From Dehalococcoidia bacterium (GTDB taxonomy: Bacteria > Chloroflexota > Dehalococcoidia > SM23-28-2 > WHTN01), in contig WHTN01000002.1 of the NCBI GenBank assembly GCA_009377715.1, positions 10,554 through 74,553 on the forward strand: a stretch of DNA of 64,000 nt, in the 5' to 3' direction. This document shows, piece by piece, positions 1 to 8,827 of the stretch (within the stretch, counting starts at the first letter, position 1; every line of letters begins with the position of its first letter). The translations under genes and the position numbers were made by a program. The notes under the pieces are model-generated. The model did not search any database and was not told the DNA's origin. It was given only the letters and a program-made list of their open reading frames with translations.

Positions 1-1442
1 GCGCAGTTTGCAAACATACGGGGTTACGACTACAGGATATCTGGCGTTATTTTCGACATACATGGTCATTGGAATACCGGCCGCTTCCGGGACGACGACT
101 TTGCCTTCTGATCCGAAATGCGGCCCGACCTCTCGCGCCCGTAATGGGGATAGCTATGCCCGCCAACGGGCCAACCGCACTACGGCCCCGGGATAAGTGG
201 ATCGGTTGGGATCTTACTGTGTTAAAGGAAAAGCTTCTCGCAAAAGAATGGAACACTGAAGATGTCAACACCTCCTTACTTAACACGCTCGATCGATCCA
301 TCGCTAGCATCAAAAGCGATGACCTTTTAGAGGATGCGAATACGTCGGACGTTGTAGAACATTTACATTCTGCATCGAGGAATGCTTCCGAACGCCGCCT
401 GGCAAGCCTTCGATCAGTGGTTACCGAAGGGCTAGGCGCAGCAACCAGCTTAAACATAAGGTCGCTTCCGCGTAACGCGGATGCAACCATCGACTGGGAA
501 TCAGCTTCGCTTAGCCCGCTTTTCGTACGTAAGAGGGCAACTGCTCTCGCGCGTTTGCTTAAGGCTAAACTGACTCTGGAAAAGGCTGTCGGGTTAGAAT
601 CGCCTCACGGTTTTGCAGCGCTGCTGAACACTCAGGAAGGACGATCCACCATCTCCACTGCCCTACGAGAGATCAGAACAAACGCTTTATCATCATCTGT
701 TATGGATGTCACGGTTTGCGGGGCTGTGCCTCCGTATAACGAACTGTTAGTTGGGAAGCTGGTAGCTTTGTTGATGGCTTCTAAAGAAGTTTACACGATA
801 TACCGCGATCGCTACAAAGACAGCATCAGCCAGATAGCCTCCCAAATGGCTGGACGGCCGATAATTAGATCTTCCAAGTTAAGGATATTAACGACAACCA
901 GTTTATATGGTATTGGGAGCAGCCAATACAGCCGGCTTAAAGTGACAAGCGCTGATAATGAACAGCTACCTCATGACGTCCGATGGGAAGAATTGGGAGC
1001 AACCGAAGGCTTTGGAACGGGACATCTTTCGCACGAAACAGTGGCTGCCTTGCGGCAACTCACGTTGCGAAGACACGGCGCCCGCCGAATCAACAATCTT
1101 TTCGGAGAGGGCACGATCCCGAGACTACGTCAAGTGCGGGAAGGCCTAGAGGCGCTTGGCTTAAGCAGCACGGTCTTCCTTCAGCATTCCACGCCTAGAC
1201 TTGTCTACGGTTGTGAATTGTTCCCCGGAGCACGCAATCAACTGATGGGACTCGATGAAAAAGTTGAAACCCATCTGGTTCCTGACATTCAGGACATTAC
1301 CACGTCCTGGCGACGTCGCTGGCTGGTAAACCGTTCTGCTAGGCCCGAAACGCTACTGTCGCTTACTCGGCTTGGGCCAAGAAGCGTAAAGGATTCGCTC
1401 ACGCCCGATACGGAATTGCAGATAACTTTGCCCTTTGACTAG
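1..1442 (+). CDS. Hypothetical protein, C-terminal part of a longer ORF; N-terminus lies upstream of the window
   Basis: Reading frame is open from base 3 to the stop at 1440-1442 with no upstream in-frame stop. GC is about 47-50%, well below its neighbours. I recognise no domain with confidence. Confidence 0.45.
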   Translation, partial: AVCKHTGLRLQDIWRYFRHTWSLEYRPLPGRRLCLLIRNAARPLAPVMGIAMPANGPTALRPRDKWIGWDLTVLKEKLLAKEWNTEDVNTSLLNTLDRSIASIKSDDLLEDANTSDVVEHLHSASRNASERRLASLRSVVTEGLGAATSLNIRSLPRNADATIDWESASLSPLFVRKRATALARLLKAKLTLEKAVGLESPHGFAALLNTQEGRSTISTALREIRTNALSSSVMDVTVCGAVPPYNELLVGKLVALLMASKEVYTIYRDRYKDSISQIASQMAGRPIIRSSKLRILTTTSLYGIGSSQYSRLKVTSADNEQLPHDVRWEELGATEGFGTGHLSHETVAALRQLTLRRHGARRINNLFGEGTIPRLRQVREGLEALGLSSTVFLQHSTPRLVYGCELFPGARNQLMGLDEKVETHLVPDIQDITTSWRRRWLVNRSARPETLLSLTRLGPRSVKDSLTPDTELQITLPFD

Positions 1443-1778
1443 TCCGATCATATTCCCCTCAGGGTCATTAAACATAGCGAACGTGACCATATTAGGGATC
1501 TCAGTTGGCGGCATTACGGTTTTTGCGCCCAGATTTTCCGCCTTCTTCAGATAGGCGCCAAGGTCGTCCACTTGTACGTAGATAGTGACGCGGTTCATGC
1601 CGTTCTGGTCAGGGCTGATACCACCACCTATACCACCGTCTTTTCCCTCCGGATTGACCATGCCGTAGTTCATCGGATTGTTGGCATCGACTTGCCAATC
1701 GAAGAGTTGGGAATAGAAATCTTGCAACTTCTTTCCGTCTTTCCCCGTAATCTCCCACCAGGTAACAGGATTTGGCAA
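1353..1778 (-). CDS. VOC (glyoxalase/bleomycin-resistance/dioxygenase) family protein
   Basis: 141-aa ORF with the paired beta-alpha-beta-beta-beta VOC layout (WWEITGKD...DPEGNMIGLV). Its 3' end overlaps the convergent upstream ORF by 90 bp. Confidence 0.65.
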   Translation of the reverse strand: MPNPVTWWEITGKDGKKLQDFYSQLFDWQVDANNPMNYGMVNPEGKDGGIGGGISPDQNGMNRVTIYVQVDDLGAYLKKAENLGAKTVMPPTEIPNMVTFAMFNDPEGNMIGLVKGQSYLQFRIGRERILYASWPKPSKRQ

Positions 1779-1859
1779 TTTAGATTCTCCCTTCTCTTTC
1801 GTCGTAGCTGCTTATATCGTTTTCGAATTAACATCCCGTTAGGGAAATTAAACGCAATT

Positions 1860-2327
1860 TTAACTAGCCGCAGCGGGCCGCACCCACGGGTCAGGGCCAG
1901 GGTCATTGCCCGCCGCAACTGCCGCCAAACGGGGCAAGTAATGGTCCCAGCCACGAGCGTGTTCGGTGGCTTGCTCTTCGGTAAGGCCCATATGGCGCAA
2001 ACGAAGTATCGTCGTGCTGCCGTCTGGCGTTAGCGTTATCTCAACGGTGCTTGCGCCTGGCGGCAAAGGCGTACCGCCGCCCTCCCAACCCCAAGTGAAT
2101 ACGACCTTTGAATGCGGGACGATCTCCACATACTCGCCACGGGCGATGTCGCCACCCGTAACGTTCACTCGATATATCCCACCAGGCCGGGGATCGAGCG
2201 TCGCCTCCACGCCCTTCCACTGCTTCATCTTCTCCGGGTCGGTGAAGAATGGAAATATCGTCTCGGGACTCGCCTCAATGCGTATTTCAATTTCAGCAAG
2301 TTTAGTCTCTTGGCTATCGGCCTGCAT
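1860..2327 (-). CDS. SRPBCC / AHSA1-like (activator of Hsp90 ATPase homolog) domain protein
   Basis: LEIRIEASPETIFPFFTDPEKMKQW...FTWGWEG pattern typical of the AHSA1/SRPBCC family. I place the start at the internal Met (MQADSQ) so that it overlaps the arsR stop by 14 nt, as in the common arsR-SRPBCC pair. Confidence 0.65.
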   Translation of the reverse strand: MQADSQETKLAEIEIRIEASPETIFPFFTDPEKMKQWKGVEATLDPRPGGIYRVNVTGGDIARGEYVEIVPHSKVVFTWGWEGGGTPLPPGASTVEITLTPDGSTTILRLRHMGLTEEQATEHARGWDHYLPRLAAVAAGNDPGPDPWVRPAAAS

Positions 2328-2643
2328 CCATCTTCTCCTTTTTCGTTTGCTCTTCCGCTTCGGCAAGTTCCTTAAGCAAGCTGAGCTGGTCTTTCCAGAA
2401 CCGGTTGAGATAATCTCTGAGTTCGGCTAGCCCTTCCGGCCGCGCGCGGTAGTAGCGATGCGTCCCCTCGCGCCGCAAAGTCACCAGACCCGCCGATAGA
2501 AGTACGGACAGATGCTGGGAAACGGCGGGTCGCGTAACATCGAAGTGCGAAGCGATCTCGCTGGCGGACAGTTCTTTCTCGACGACAAGGCCAAGGATGT
2601 CTCGGCGGCGCGGCTCCGCTATAGCTTGTATTACAGCATCCAT
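2314..2643 (-). CDS. ArsR/SmtB family transcriptional regulator
   Basis: HTH segment RRRDILGLVVEKELSASEIASHFDVTRPAVSQHLSVL is a canonical ArsR motif. 109 aa. Confidence 0.85.
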   Translation of the reverse strand: MDAVIQAIAEPRRRDILGLVVEKELSASEIASHFDVTRPAVSQHLSVLLSAGLVTLRREGTHRYYRARPEGLAELRDYLNRFWKDQLSLLKELAEAEEQTKKEKMDAGR

Positions 2644-2701
2644 AGCTATATATTAGCCTCTACTTACGTAAGTGTCAACTAATCAAATTTTCCTCGTACC
2701 T

Positions 2702-2757
2702 GCAAGTCTTTAGACCTGCGAAACACTCTGGGCAGACCCTTTAGGGCTGCAGCTACG
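2702..2757. repeat. REP-like GTAG-palindrome doublet (gcaagtctttagacctgc ... gcagaccctttagggctgc-agctacg)
   Basis: Two near-perfect 7-8 bp hairpins with TTTA loops, adjacent to an AGCTAC (GTAG on the other strand) tetramer. The same module recurs at 20493-20518 and 43250-43273. Confidence 0.4.
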
Positions 2758-2761
2758 CTTC

Positions 2762-2809
2762 TACAAAAAGAGAACTGCCTTACAGTCTTTGACTGTAAGG
2801 CAGTTCTCT
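2762..2809 (-). terminator. Rho-independent terminator downstream of the aldolase gene
   Basis: Perfect 19-bp stem (2769-2787 pairs with 2791-2809) with a 3-nt loop. On the minus strand it is followed by CTTTTTGTAG, a T-run. Confidence 0.8.
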
Positions 2810-2825
2810 TAAGCCGTAAGGTTAA

Positions 2826-3815
2826 TTAACTAACCGGCGCCTTCATATACTTCTTACGAAGCTCGCGCCAGGTCTCTGCGCGCTTGTCCATCGTTGTCTT
2901 CCAGTGTTCAGGAAGGTCATCCAACAAGTACGGCACGCGGGTGGGACTGGGCTTCAAGAAGTCGCCCTTGTTAGCCAGATAGCGGTTCGCCTGCAGGTTT
3001 AGTTCGGCGAAAGTTCCAGGAGGCTGCGAAGGGAACGAAGGAGGCAGAGCCTCGAAGTCCGCCCATATCTCCTCGATGCTCTTTTCATCGTCCTTCAGGA
3101 TAGCGTCCGCCAAGGCGATGGTCGGCTCAGGGCCCATGCCGATAGAGCCCGACGACCAGATGGTGGTTATCTGGTAAGGAGTGCCACGGGTCATCCTCCA
3201 GGCCTTGTAAGCTGCGCCCTCGCCGGGCATAAAGTTCACCTGAGGTGCAGCCTTGCTATCCTCAAGCAGGTTGACTACGCTGTAGCTCATCTTCGCCAGC
3301 ACAACGGTCTTCCCGTTCTTGCCGATCTCCCGCCAGAAAGCCGTTGGGAATACCGACTTGAAGAAGTTCTGGTTGGCGTAGATCAAGATCGCCATGTCGG
3401 GCACGGCTTCGGCCAGATGAGCGAACCAGCGACCGGCGTTCTGGTTGGTGGGCGTCTGCCACAGCGGCAAACCGACGAAGGCGCCGTCCGCGCCGATGTC
3501 CTTAAGACCGCGCATCTGACGGATCGTCTCCTTAGTGCCAAGAGAGGTAGCGCCTGCGAAGATCGGCACCCTTCCTCGGTTCGTCTGAACGATGGCGTCG
3601 ATGTAGTCACGCTTCTCTTCGAAAAGAAGGGCAGCGTTTTCACCGGTGGTGCCACAAGCGGCAATGCTACCTACGCCAGCCTGGATGTACGCTTCGGTCA
3701 TGCGAACGGTCTCTTCGAGATCGATTGACATCTCAGAGTCCCAACCCTCTTTCCCTTCTACGCAGGGGGTTGGCACCATTGCGCACATTCCTTTGAGGTC
3801 ACTTTTGCTTAACAT
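2826..3815 (-). CDS. DapA/dihydrodipicolinate-synthase-family class I aldolase; length and context suggest a NahE-like hydratase-aldolase
   Basis: 329 aa with a GTTGEN motif. The RBS AAAGGAGAG lies 14 nt downstream of the Rieske gene stop, so the two are operonic. The ~330-aa size matches trans-o-hydroxybenzylidenepyruvate hydratase-aldolases rather than the ~295-aa DapA. Confidence 0.7.
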   Translation of the reverse strand: MLSKSDLKGMCAMVPTPCVEGKEGWDSEMSIDLEETVRMTEAYIQAGVGSIAACGTTGENAALLFEEKRDYIDAIVQTNRGRVPIFAGATSLGTKETIRQMRGLKDIGADGAFVGLPLWQTPTNQNAGRWFAHLAEAVPDMAILIYANQNFFKSVFPTAFWREIGKNGKTVVLAKMSYSVVNLLEDSKAAPQVNFMPGEGAAYKAWRMTRGTPYQITTIWSSGSIGMGPEPTIALADAILKDDEKSIEEIWADFEALPPSFPSQPPGTFAELNLQANRYLANKGDFLKPSPTRVPYLLDDLPEHWKTTMDKRAETWRELRKKYMKAPVS

Positions 3816-3829
3816 GCTCTCTCCTTTCT

Positions 3830-5104
3830 TTATCTCCTAATATCCGCTGATTCACCGGCGCTCATTAGTTCAAGCCACCGGCGATAAAAGCCCCTTGCGC
3901 TGTGCTCGCTGGGGCCATCTGCGATTACTCCGGGCACATTCTCATCATACCGTTCGTAGCCAAGCTGAAGCTGGTAATTGAACGGGTGACGCCTGGCGAC
4001 GCGACCGTTGCTAGACGAAGTGGTCATGTTCCAGTTCTCACCGTCGTCCTGTTCCAGCGTACCGGAAGAGCTGAAGCGACGCTGATGGAAGAGGTGCATG
4101 GCCCGCTTGGCTTCGGGCGGCGCTGCCTTGTCGACGAAGCACCAGGACCAGACCTCGATCTTCTGCGGGCCTCGTGGGTGCCAGACGCGAAACGTGAACG
4201 ACTCGAACGAGAGGTTCGGGAAGATCGTTCCTACGGTCCAATCTAGCGTATCTGCCTTGTCGCCGAGCCGCTTGGCTCTCTCCGGAAGCATCTGCTGGTA
4301 ATAGGCGTTGATCTCCGGCCAACCTTCCGCCGGGAACCTGTTCTCGATGTTAAGCGGCCCACGCTGGGAGATGACGCCGTGGCCACCGGGGTGGCTGATC
4401 TGCAACGAGCGCGTAGGGTTTCTTATTATCGACTGCGAATTAAATCCGGTTTTGAGTGCAGAGATGTGGGTAATAGGAAAGTGATAGCTATCGCCAACGA
4501 AGTTATCCGCCGCGAACTTCCAATTGCACGGCATTTCCCATTTGAACACGCCTCCTACCACCTCAACGCCACCCTCGGAGCGGTCCATGAGGTAGTCGAG
4601 GAACCAGGTCATATCGCCCAGATATTCGGGAAGAGCGGGCGCGCTAGGGTCGAAGCATCCGAAGATCATCCCTTTATAAGAATCGACCTGAGCGACCGAC
4701 ACCAGGCCCCACTGCTCCATGTCGAGCTCTTCATAGTAGTACTCTTTGTAGCCCGGCACGCCCACCAGCTTGCCGTCGTTGCCGTACGTCCAGCCGTGGT
4801 ACGTGCAGGTGAAGGCGGCGGCGTTACCGGCGTCGGCCCGACATACGCGCATGCCGCGATGGCGGCAGGTGTTGAGGAAGGCGTTTATCTTGCCACGCGA
4901 GTCTCGCACGACAAGCACGGGGTCTTCGCCGATGTAGGCGGCTACAAAATCGCCGGGGTTCGGCAGTTGGGATTCGTGCGCAAGGAAGCACCAGCTCTTG
5001 GCGAAGATTTTCTCTAACTCTTGCTCGTAAAGCTCTTCATTAACGAAGAGTTCACGGCTGACTAAGCCTCGTTTCACATCGACTAGGTCTTGGATGTCAA
5101 CCAT
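3830..5104 (-). CDS. Rieske [2Fe-2S] aromatic ring-hydroxylating oxygenase, large (alpha) subunit, naphthalene/biphenyl (NahAc/BphA1) type
   Basis: CRHRGMRVCRADAGNAAAFTCTYHGW Rieske motif, a mononuclear-iron His region, and a C-terminal DDGENW segment. GGAGAG RBS 8 nt before the ATG. 424 aa. Confidence 0.9.
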   Translation of the reverse strand: MVDIQDLVDVKRGLVSRELFVNEELYEQELEKIFAKSWCFLAHESQLPNPGDFVAAYIGEDPVLVVRDSRGKINAFLNTCRHRGMRVCRADAGNAAAFTCTYHGWTYGNDGKLVGVPGYKEYYYEELDMEQWGLVSVAQVDSYKGMIFGCFDPSAPALPEYLGDMTWFLDYLMDRSEGGVEVVGGVFKWEMPCNWKFAADNFVGDSYHFPITHISALKTGFNSQSIIRNPTRSLQISHPGGHGVISQRGPLNIENRFPAEGWPEINAYYQQMLPERAKRLGDKADTLDWTVGTIFPNLSFESFTFRVWHPRGPQKIEVWSWCFVDKAAPPEAKRAMHLFHQRRFSSSGTLEQDDGENWNMTTSSSNGRVARRHPFNYQLQLGYERYDENVPGVIADGPSEHSARGFYRRWLELMSAGESADIRR

Positions 5105-5128
5105 ACGGAACTCTCCGACTAAACAAAT

Positions 5129-5163
5129 ATGCTAGCGTGGAACCAAAATTTCCACGCTAGCAT
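5129..5163. promoter_or_regulatory. Perfect 14-bp inverted repeat (ATGCTAGCGTGGAA-n7-TTCCACGCTAGCAT): candidate operator in the Rieske 5' region and/or terminator for the upstream SBP gene
   Basis: On the minus strand it lies between a TTGACA-containing promoter-like stretch and the RBS of the Rieske gene, and it is followed by ATTTGTTT. It is also 80 nt past the SBP1 stop. Confidence 0.5.
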
Positions 5164-5242
5164 ATCATGTCCACAATGCTTGTCAATATCGCACTTTTAA
5201 TTGGGCACTTCGCTATCGCTTGCTATACTCAAACACAACTCC

Positions 5243-6907
5243 CTAAGCCGTTACCCAGGCTTCTGAGAAGCGAAGGTTGTCGATTCCCGAAGAGTTCTTA
5301 AAGTTTCTAATCCTGGGCGATAGTGCTACTTCACCGTTAGAGCTGTATAGCGGGATCGCGGCAGCCAGATCGATGACACGGCGCTGTATCTCCTGGAGCA
5401 TCTCGCCGCGACGCTCGACGTCCAACTCCGCAGCTTGTCTCGTGATTAGATCATCTAGCTCTCTATCGCCAAGTTGCTTCCAGGTGCCGGCCTGAGTGCC
5501 GTTACTGTGGTAGAACGTGAGCAGGTGGGCGTTAGTTGGCGAGGTCGGTGTGTTGTTACCAACACACATCTCGAAATCGCCCCGCTGGTATATCCTCTCG
5601 GTCAACTCCACCTTGTCGGCAGCGTTAGCTGTTCCGTTTATACCCAATTCCCTAAAGTGAGCTATCGCTAACTCTGCTGCAGCGGTTGTTTCTGCGTTCG
5701 GTATCCCGTAATCAACGATCGGCCTCCAGGTCGAGAGATCGACCCCAGCTGCGGATAGCAATTGCTTCGCCTCAGTGACGTTCTTAGCGAGCAAGCGATT
5801 GATCTCGTCCTCAGGCAGCAGCCAGTCTGTCCTCGGTATGAATATCTGGGCGCTCTTCCAGGCGCTGCCGAAGAGAACGCTGTTGATAAACTCGTCACGG
5901 TCTAAGACCTTGGACAATGCTTGCCTTACCCTAACGTCTTTAGTGGTATCTCTACCGGCCGAAACCCAGAGCCGGTTGCCCCCGTTGTTCGTAAACAGCT
6001 TGCGGTGTTCCACATAGAGGTCGGGCACCGTCTGTTGTAGGAGTCTGGTGATCTGACCATTGGTGGCTATCTCCATGACCTGGCCAGTCCTGAAGGCGGC
6101 CTGCTGCGTGTTGGGGTCCACGATCACTAGGCGCTTGTACTCGTCCGCATACGGCAGCGCTTGCCCATCTGATCCCTTTGCGTAGTAGTCAGGGTTCTTC
6201 CGCATCGTCAACGTCTGCTCAGGCACGCGTTCGACGAAAATCCACGGGCCTGTGCCAACTGTCGGCCCTTCCTGTAGGTTACCGTTGACCTGCACTGCTT
6301 CCGGCGCGGCGATCTTGCCGTTGGTGTTCGCCATATTGACCAGGAAGTCGGAGTCCGGCCTCTTCATTTTTACGCGAAGAGTAAAGTCGTCCGGCGTCTC
6401 CATTGTCTCAATGGCCTCGAAGAGAGAGGCGCTGAACTTCTCGGCGATGATGCGGTTGATGCTAAACGTAACATCGCTTGCCTTGAACCCACGCCCATTC
6501 AACGGAGGGACGTTGTGCCATTTTACGTCTTTACGCATCATGAAGACGTAAGTGGTCGGATCCGGGTTCTCCCAGCTTTCGGCGAGGTCGCCGACCGGGA
6601 CAAGTGCGTCCGGGAACTGGGCCAGATCGACTTTCAGAACGCGGTTGTAAGCTAGTCCTGGCCCGCTGTCTTGCAGGGGGCCGAAGGTATTGGAATGGAT
6701 GTCAATATGGGGTAATGCTTCTGTGCCAGCGTTGATCCAGTTTATGGTGCCACCGCGTACCGGCTGTTCTCCAACGTTACCGGTCTGACCGGATGGTTGC
6801 TGTGAGGTGGTACCGCCCCCTTCTTCCTCATCGCAACCGATAACGGCCGCGGCCGCCAGCCCAGCGCCTCCTAGGGCTGTTCCCTGTAGCATTCGCCGGC
6901 GGCTCAT
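5243..6907 (-). CDS. ABC transporter substrate-binding protein, family 5 (DppA/OppA/NikA-like), Tat-type lipoprotein signal
   Basis: N-terminus MSRRRMLQGTALGGAGLAAAAVIGC has a twin-arginine motif and a lipobox Cys. Family-5 SBP body. Paralog of 6971-8680. The start is set at the ATG overlapping the uORF stop. Confidence 0.85.
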   Translation of the reverse strand: MSRRRMLQGTALGGAGLAAAAVIGCDEEEGGGTTSQQPSGQTGNVGEQPVRGGTINWINAGTEALPHIDIHSNTFGPLQDSGPGLAYNRVLKVDLAQFPDALVPVGDLAESWENPDPTTYVFMMRKDVKWHNVPPLNGRGFKASDVTFSINRIIAEKFSASLFEAIETMETPDDFTLRVKMKRPDSDFLVNMANTNGKIAAPEAVQVNGNLQEGPTVGTGPWIFVERVPEQTLTMRKNPDYYAKGSDGQALPYADEYKRLVIVDPNTQQAAFRTGQVMEIATNGQITRLLQQTVPDLYVEHRKLFTNNGGNRLWVSAGRDTTKDVRVRQALSKVLDRDEFINSVLFGSAWKSAQIFIPRTDWLLPEDEINRLLAKNVTEAKQLLSAAGVDLSTWRPIVDYGIPNAETTAAAELAIAHFRELGINGTANAADKVELTERIYQRGDFEMCVGNNTPTSPTNAHLLTFYHSNGTQAGTWKQLGDRELDDLITRQAAELDVERRGEMLQEIQRRVIDLAAAIPLYSSNGEVALSPRIRNFKNSSGIDNLRFSEAWVTA

Positions 6908-6951
6908 TCGTGTTGCCAAAAACGTTGCCAGTAAGATGAATCCTCTCGCAT
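6904..6951 (-). other. 15-codon upstream ORF (MREDSSYWQRFWQHE) whose TGA overlaps the SBP1 ATG (ATGA); preceded by the strong RBS AAAGGAGG
   Basis: In the paralog SBP2 the same leader (MREDSSTYWQRFWQTR) is fused in frame to the Tat signal. In SBP1 a 1-nt difference puts it out of frame, so it ends exactly at the SBP start. Confidence 0.3.
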
Positions 6952-6970
6952 AATCGGCCTCCTTTAAATT

Positions 6971-8680
6971 CTAAGCCCTCACGTAAGATTCCGCAAAGCG
7001 CTTAACTTCGATACCAGACGCATTCTTGTAATTTCTCAGCCTGGGAGATACCACAACCTCGCCGTTGGAGCTGTAGAGCGGAATGGCGACTGCCAGATCG
7101 ACGATGCGCCTCTGGATGTCCTGGAGGATGGCGCCGCGCTTTTCGATGTCCAATTCGGCGGCTTGTTGGTCTATCAGCGTATCAAGCTCCCGGTCACCGA
7201 GCTGCTTCCATGTGCCGGTCTGAGCGCCCTTCGTGTGGTAGAAAGTGAATAGGTGGTTGTTAGTCGGCGAAGTCGGTGCGTTATTGCCCACACACATCTC
7301 GAAATCGCCACGCTGGTATATCCTCTCGGTCAACTCCACCTTATCGGCGGCGTTCGCCGTACCGTTGATCCCTAGTTCCCGCAGATGAGCGATAGCGAGT
7401 TCTACGGCTTGGGTGGTCTCGTTGTTTGGCACACCGTAGTCGACGATCGGCCTCCAGGTCGAAAGATCGACGCCGGCTGCAGATAGCAATTGCTTCGCGC
7501 CTGTTACGTCCTTCGCTAAAAGTCGCTGAGTTTCGTCATCCGGAAGGAGCCAGTCCGTTCGCGGGATGAAGATCTGAGCGCTTAGCCAACCGCTGCCGAA
7601 GAGGACGCTATCGATGAAAGCCTGCCTGTCCATAACCTTCGAGAGGGCTTGCCGCACCCTGATGTCCTTCGTAAGATCGTTGCCAGCCGAAACCCAGAGC
7701 CGGTTACCGCTGTTGTTCGTGAATAACTTACGGTGTTCTACATAGAGATCGGGCACGGTCTGCTGTAGGAGCCGGGTGATCTGACCATTGGTGCCGAGTT
7801 CCATGACCTGCCCTGTCCTGAAAGCGGCCTGCTGCGTGTTTGGATCGACGATAACCAGCCGCTTATACTCGTCCGCATAGGGCAATGCCTGTCCGTCCGA
7901 TCCCTTGCCGAAGTAGTCAGGATTGCGACGCAGCGTCAAAGTCTGTTCCGGCACGCGTTCGACGAACATCCAAGGGCCAGTGCCGATTGTCGGGCCTTCT
8001 TGTAAGTTACCGTTAACCTGTACTGCTTCCGGCGCAGCGATCTTGCCGTTGGTGTTGGCCATATTGAAGAGGAAGTCAGAATCAGACCTCTTCATCTTCA
8101 TCCGGATCGTGTAGTCGTCCGGCGTCTCCATTGTCTCGATGGCCTCAAAGAGGGAGGCGCTGAACTTCTCGGCAATGATGCGGTTGATGCTAAACGTAAC
8201 GTCGCTTGCCTTAAACTCACGCCCGTTCAACGGCGGGACGTTCTGCCATTTGACGTCACGGCGCATGTGGAAGACGTAGGTGGTAGGGTCAGGATTCTCG
8301 TAGCTTTCGGACAGATCGCCAATCACCTCTAACGAGTCGGGGAACTTATTCAGGTCGAAACCTAGTACGCGACTGTAAGCTAGCCCCGGCCCGTTGTCCT
8401 GCAGTGGACCAAAGGTGTTGGAGTGGATATCGATGTGGGGAAGGGCTTCCGTGCCCGCGTTGATCCAATTTATAGTCCCACCGCGCGTTGGCTGGTCCGA
8501 AACGTTGCCGCCCTGACCAGAAGGCTGCTGGGATGTGCTGTCGCCTTCCTCCTCATCGCAGCCGATAATCGCGGCGGCTGCGAGCCCCGCACCCCCCAAG
8601 GCTGTTCCTTGCAACATGCGCCGGCGGCTCATCCGCGTTTGCCAAAAACGCTGCCAGTATGTAGATGAATCCTCTCGCAT
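6971..8680 (-). CDS. ABC transporter substrate-binding protein, family 5, Tat-lipoprotein; tandem paralog
   Basis: About 85% identical to the 5243-6907 product. RBS AAGGAGG 7 nt before the ATG. Long Tat signal ending in IIGC. Confidence 0.85.
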   Translation of the reverse strand: MREDSSTYWQRFWQTRMSRRRMLQGTALGGAGLAAAAIIGCDEEEGDSTSQQPSGQGGNVSDQPTRGGTINWINAGTEALPHIDIHSNTFGPLQDNGPGLAYSRVLGFDLNKFPDSLEVIGDLSESYENPDPTTYVFHMRRDVKWQNVPPLNGREFKASDVTFSINRIIAEKFSASLFEAIETMETPDDYTIRMKMKRSDSDFLFNMANTNGKIAAPEAVQVNGNLQEGPTIGTGPWMFVERVPEQTLTLRRNPDYFGKGSDGQALPYADEYKRLVIVDPNTQQAAFRTGQVMELGTNGQITRLLQQTVPDLYVEHRKLFTNNSGNRLWVSAGNDLTKDIRVRQALSKVMDRQAFIDSVLFGSGWLSAQIFIPRTDWLLPDDETQRLLAKDVTGAKQLLSAAGVDLSTWRPIVDYGVPNNETTQAVELAIAHLRELGINGTANAADKVELTERIYQRGDFEMCVGNNAPTSPTNNHLFTFYHTKGAQTGTWKQLGDRELDTLIDQQAAELDIEKRGAILQDIQRRIVDLAVAIPLYSSNGEVVVSPRLRNYKNASGIEVKRFAESYVRA

Positions 8681-8827
8681 AATCGGCCTCCTTAGAACTT
8701 ATGGTGGGCTTTATATAAAGGCCTAAAAAAGTTAGTGTCAAGTATTAGAAAGATATTATAAGTAATTAAGGTGATCGCAATAAAAATGGTAACATTGTGC
8801 AATTAAGCACTAATGGCTGGGAATGAT

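Noticed and set aside
1-1442. Assigning the low-GC ORF to a phage-defence family such as a DruA/DUF4338-like protein
   Set aside because: This was only a vague impression with no motif I can point to, and no partner defence genes follow it. I kept it as hypothetical.
3383-4322. Several 60-115 aa ORFs antisense to or out of frame with the Rieske and aldolase genes
   Set aside because: They are Arg/Ala-rich, as expected for GC-rich antisense frames, and are fully embedded in well-supported genes.
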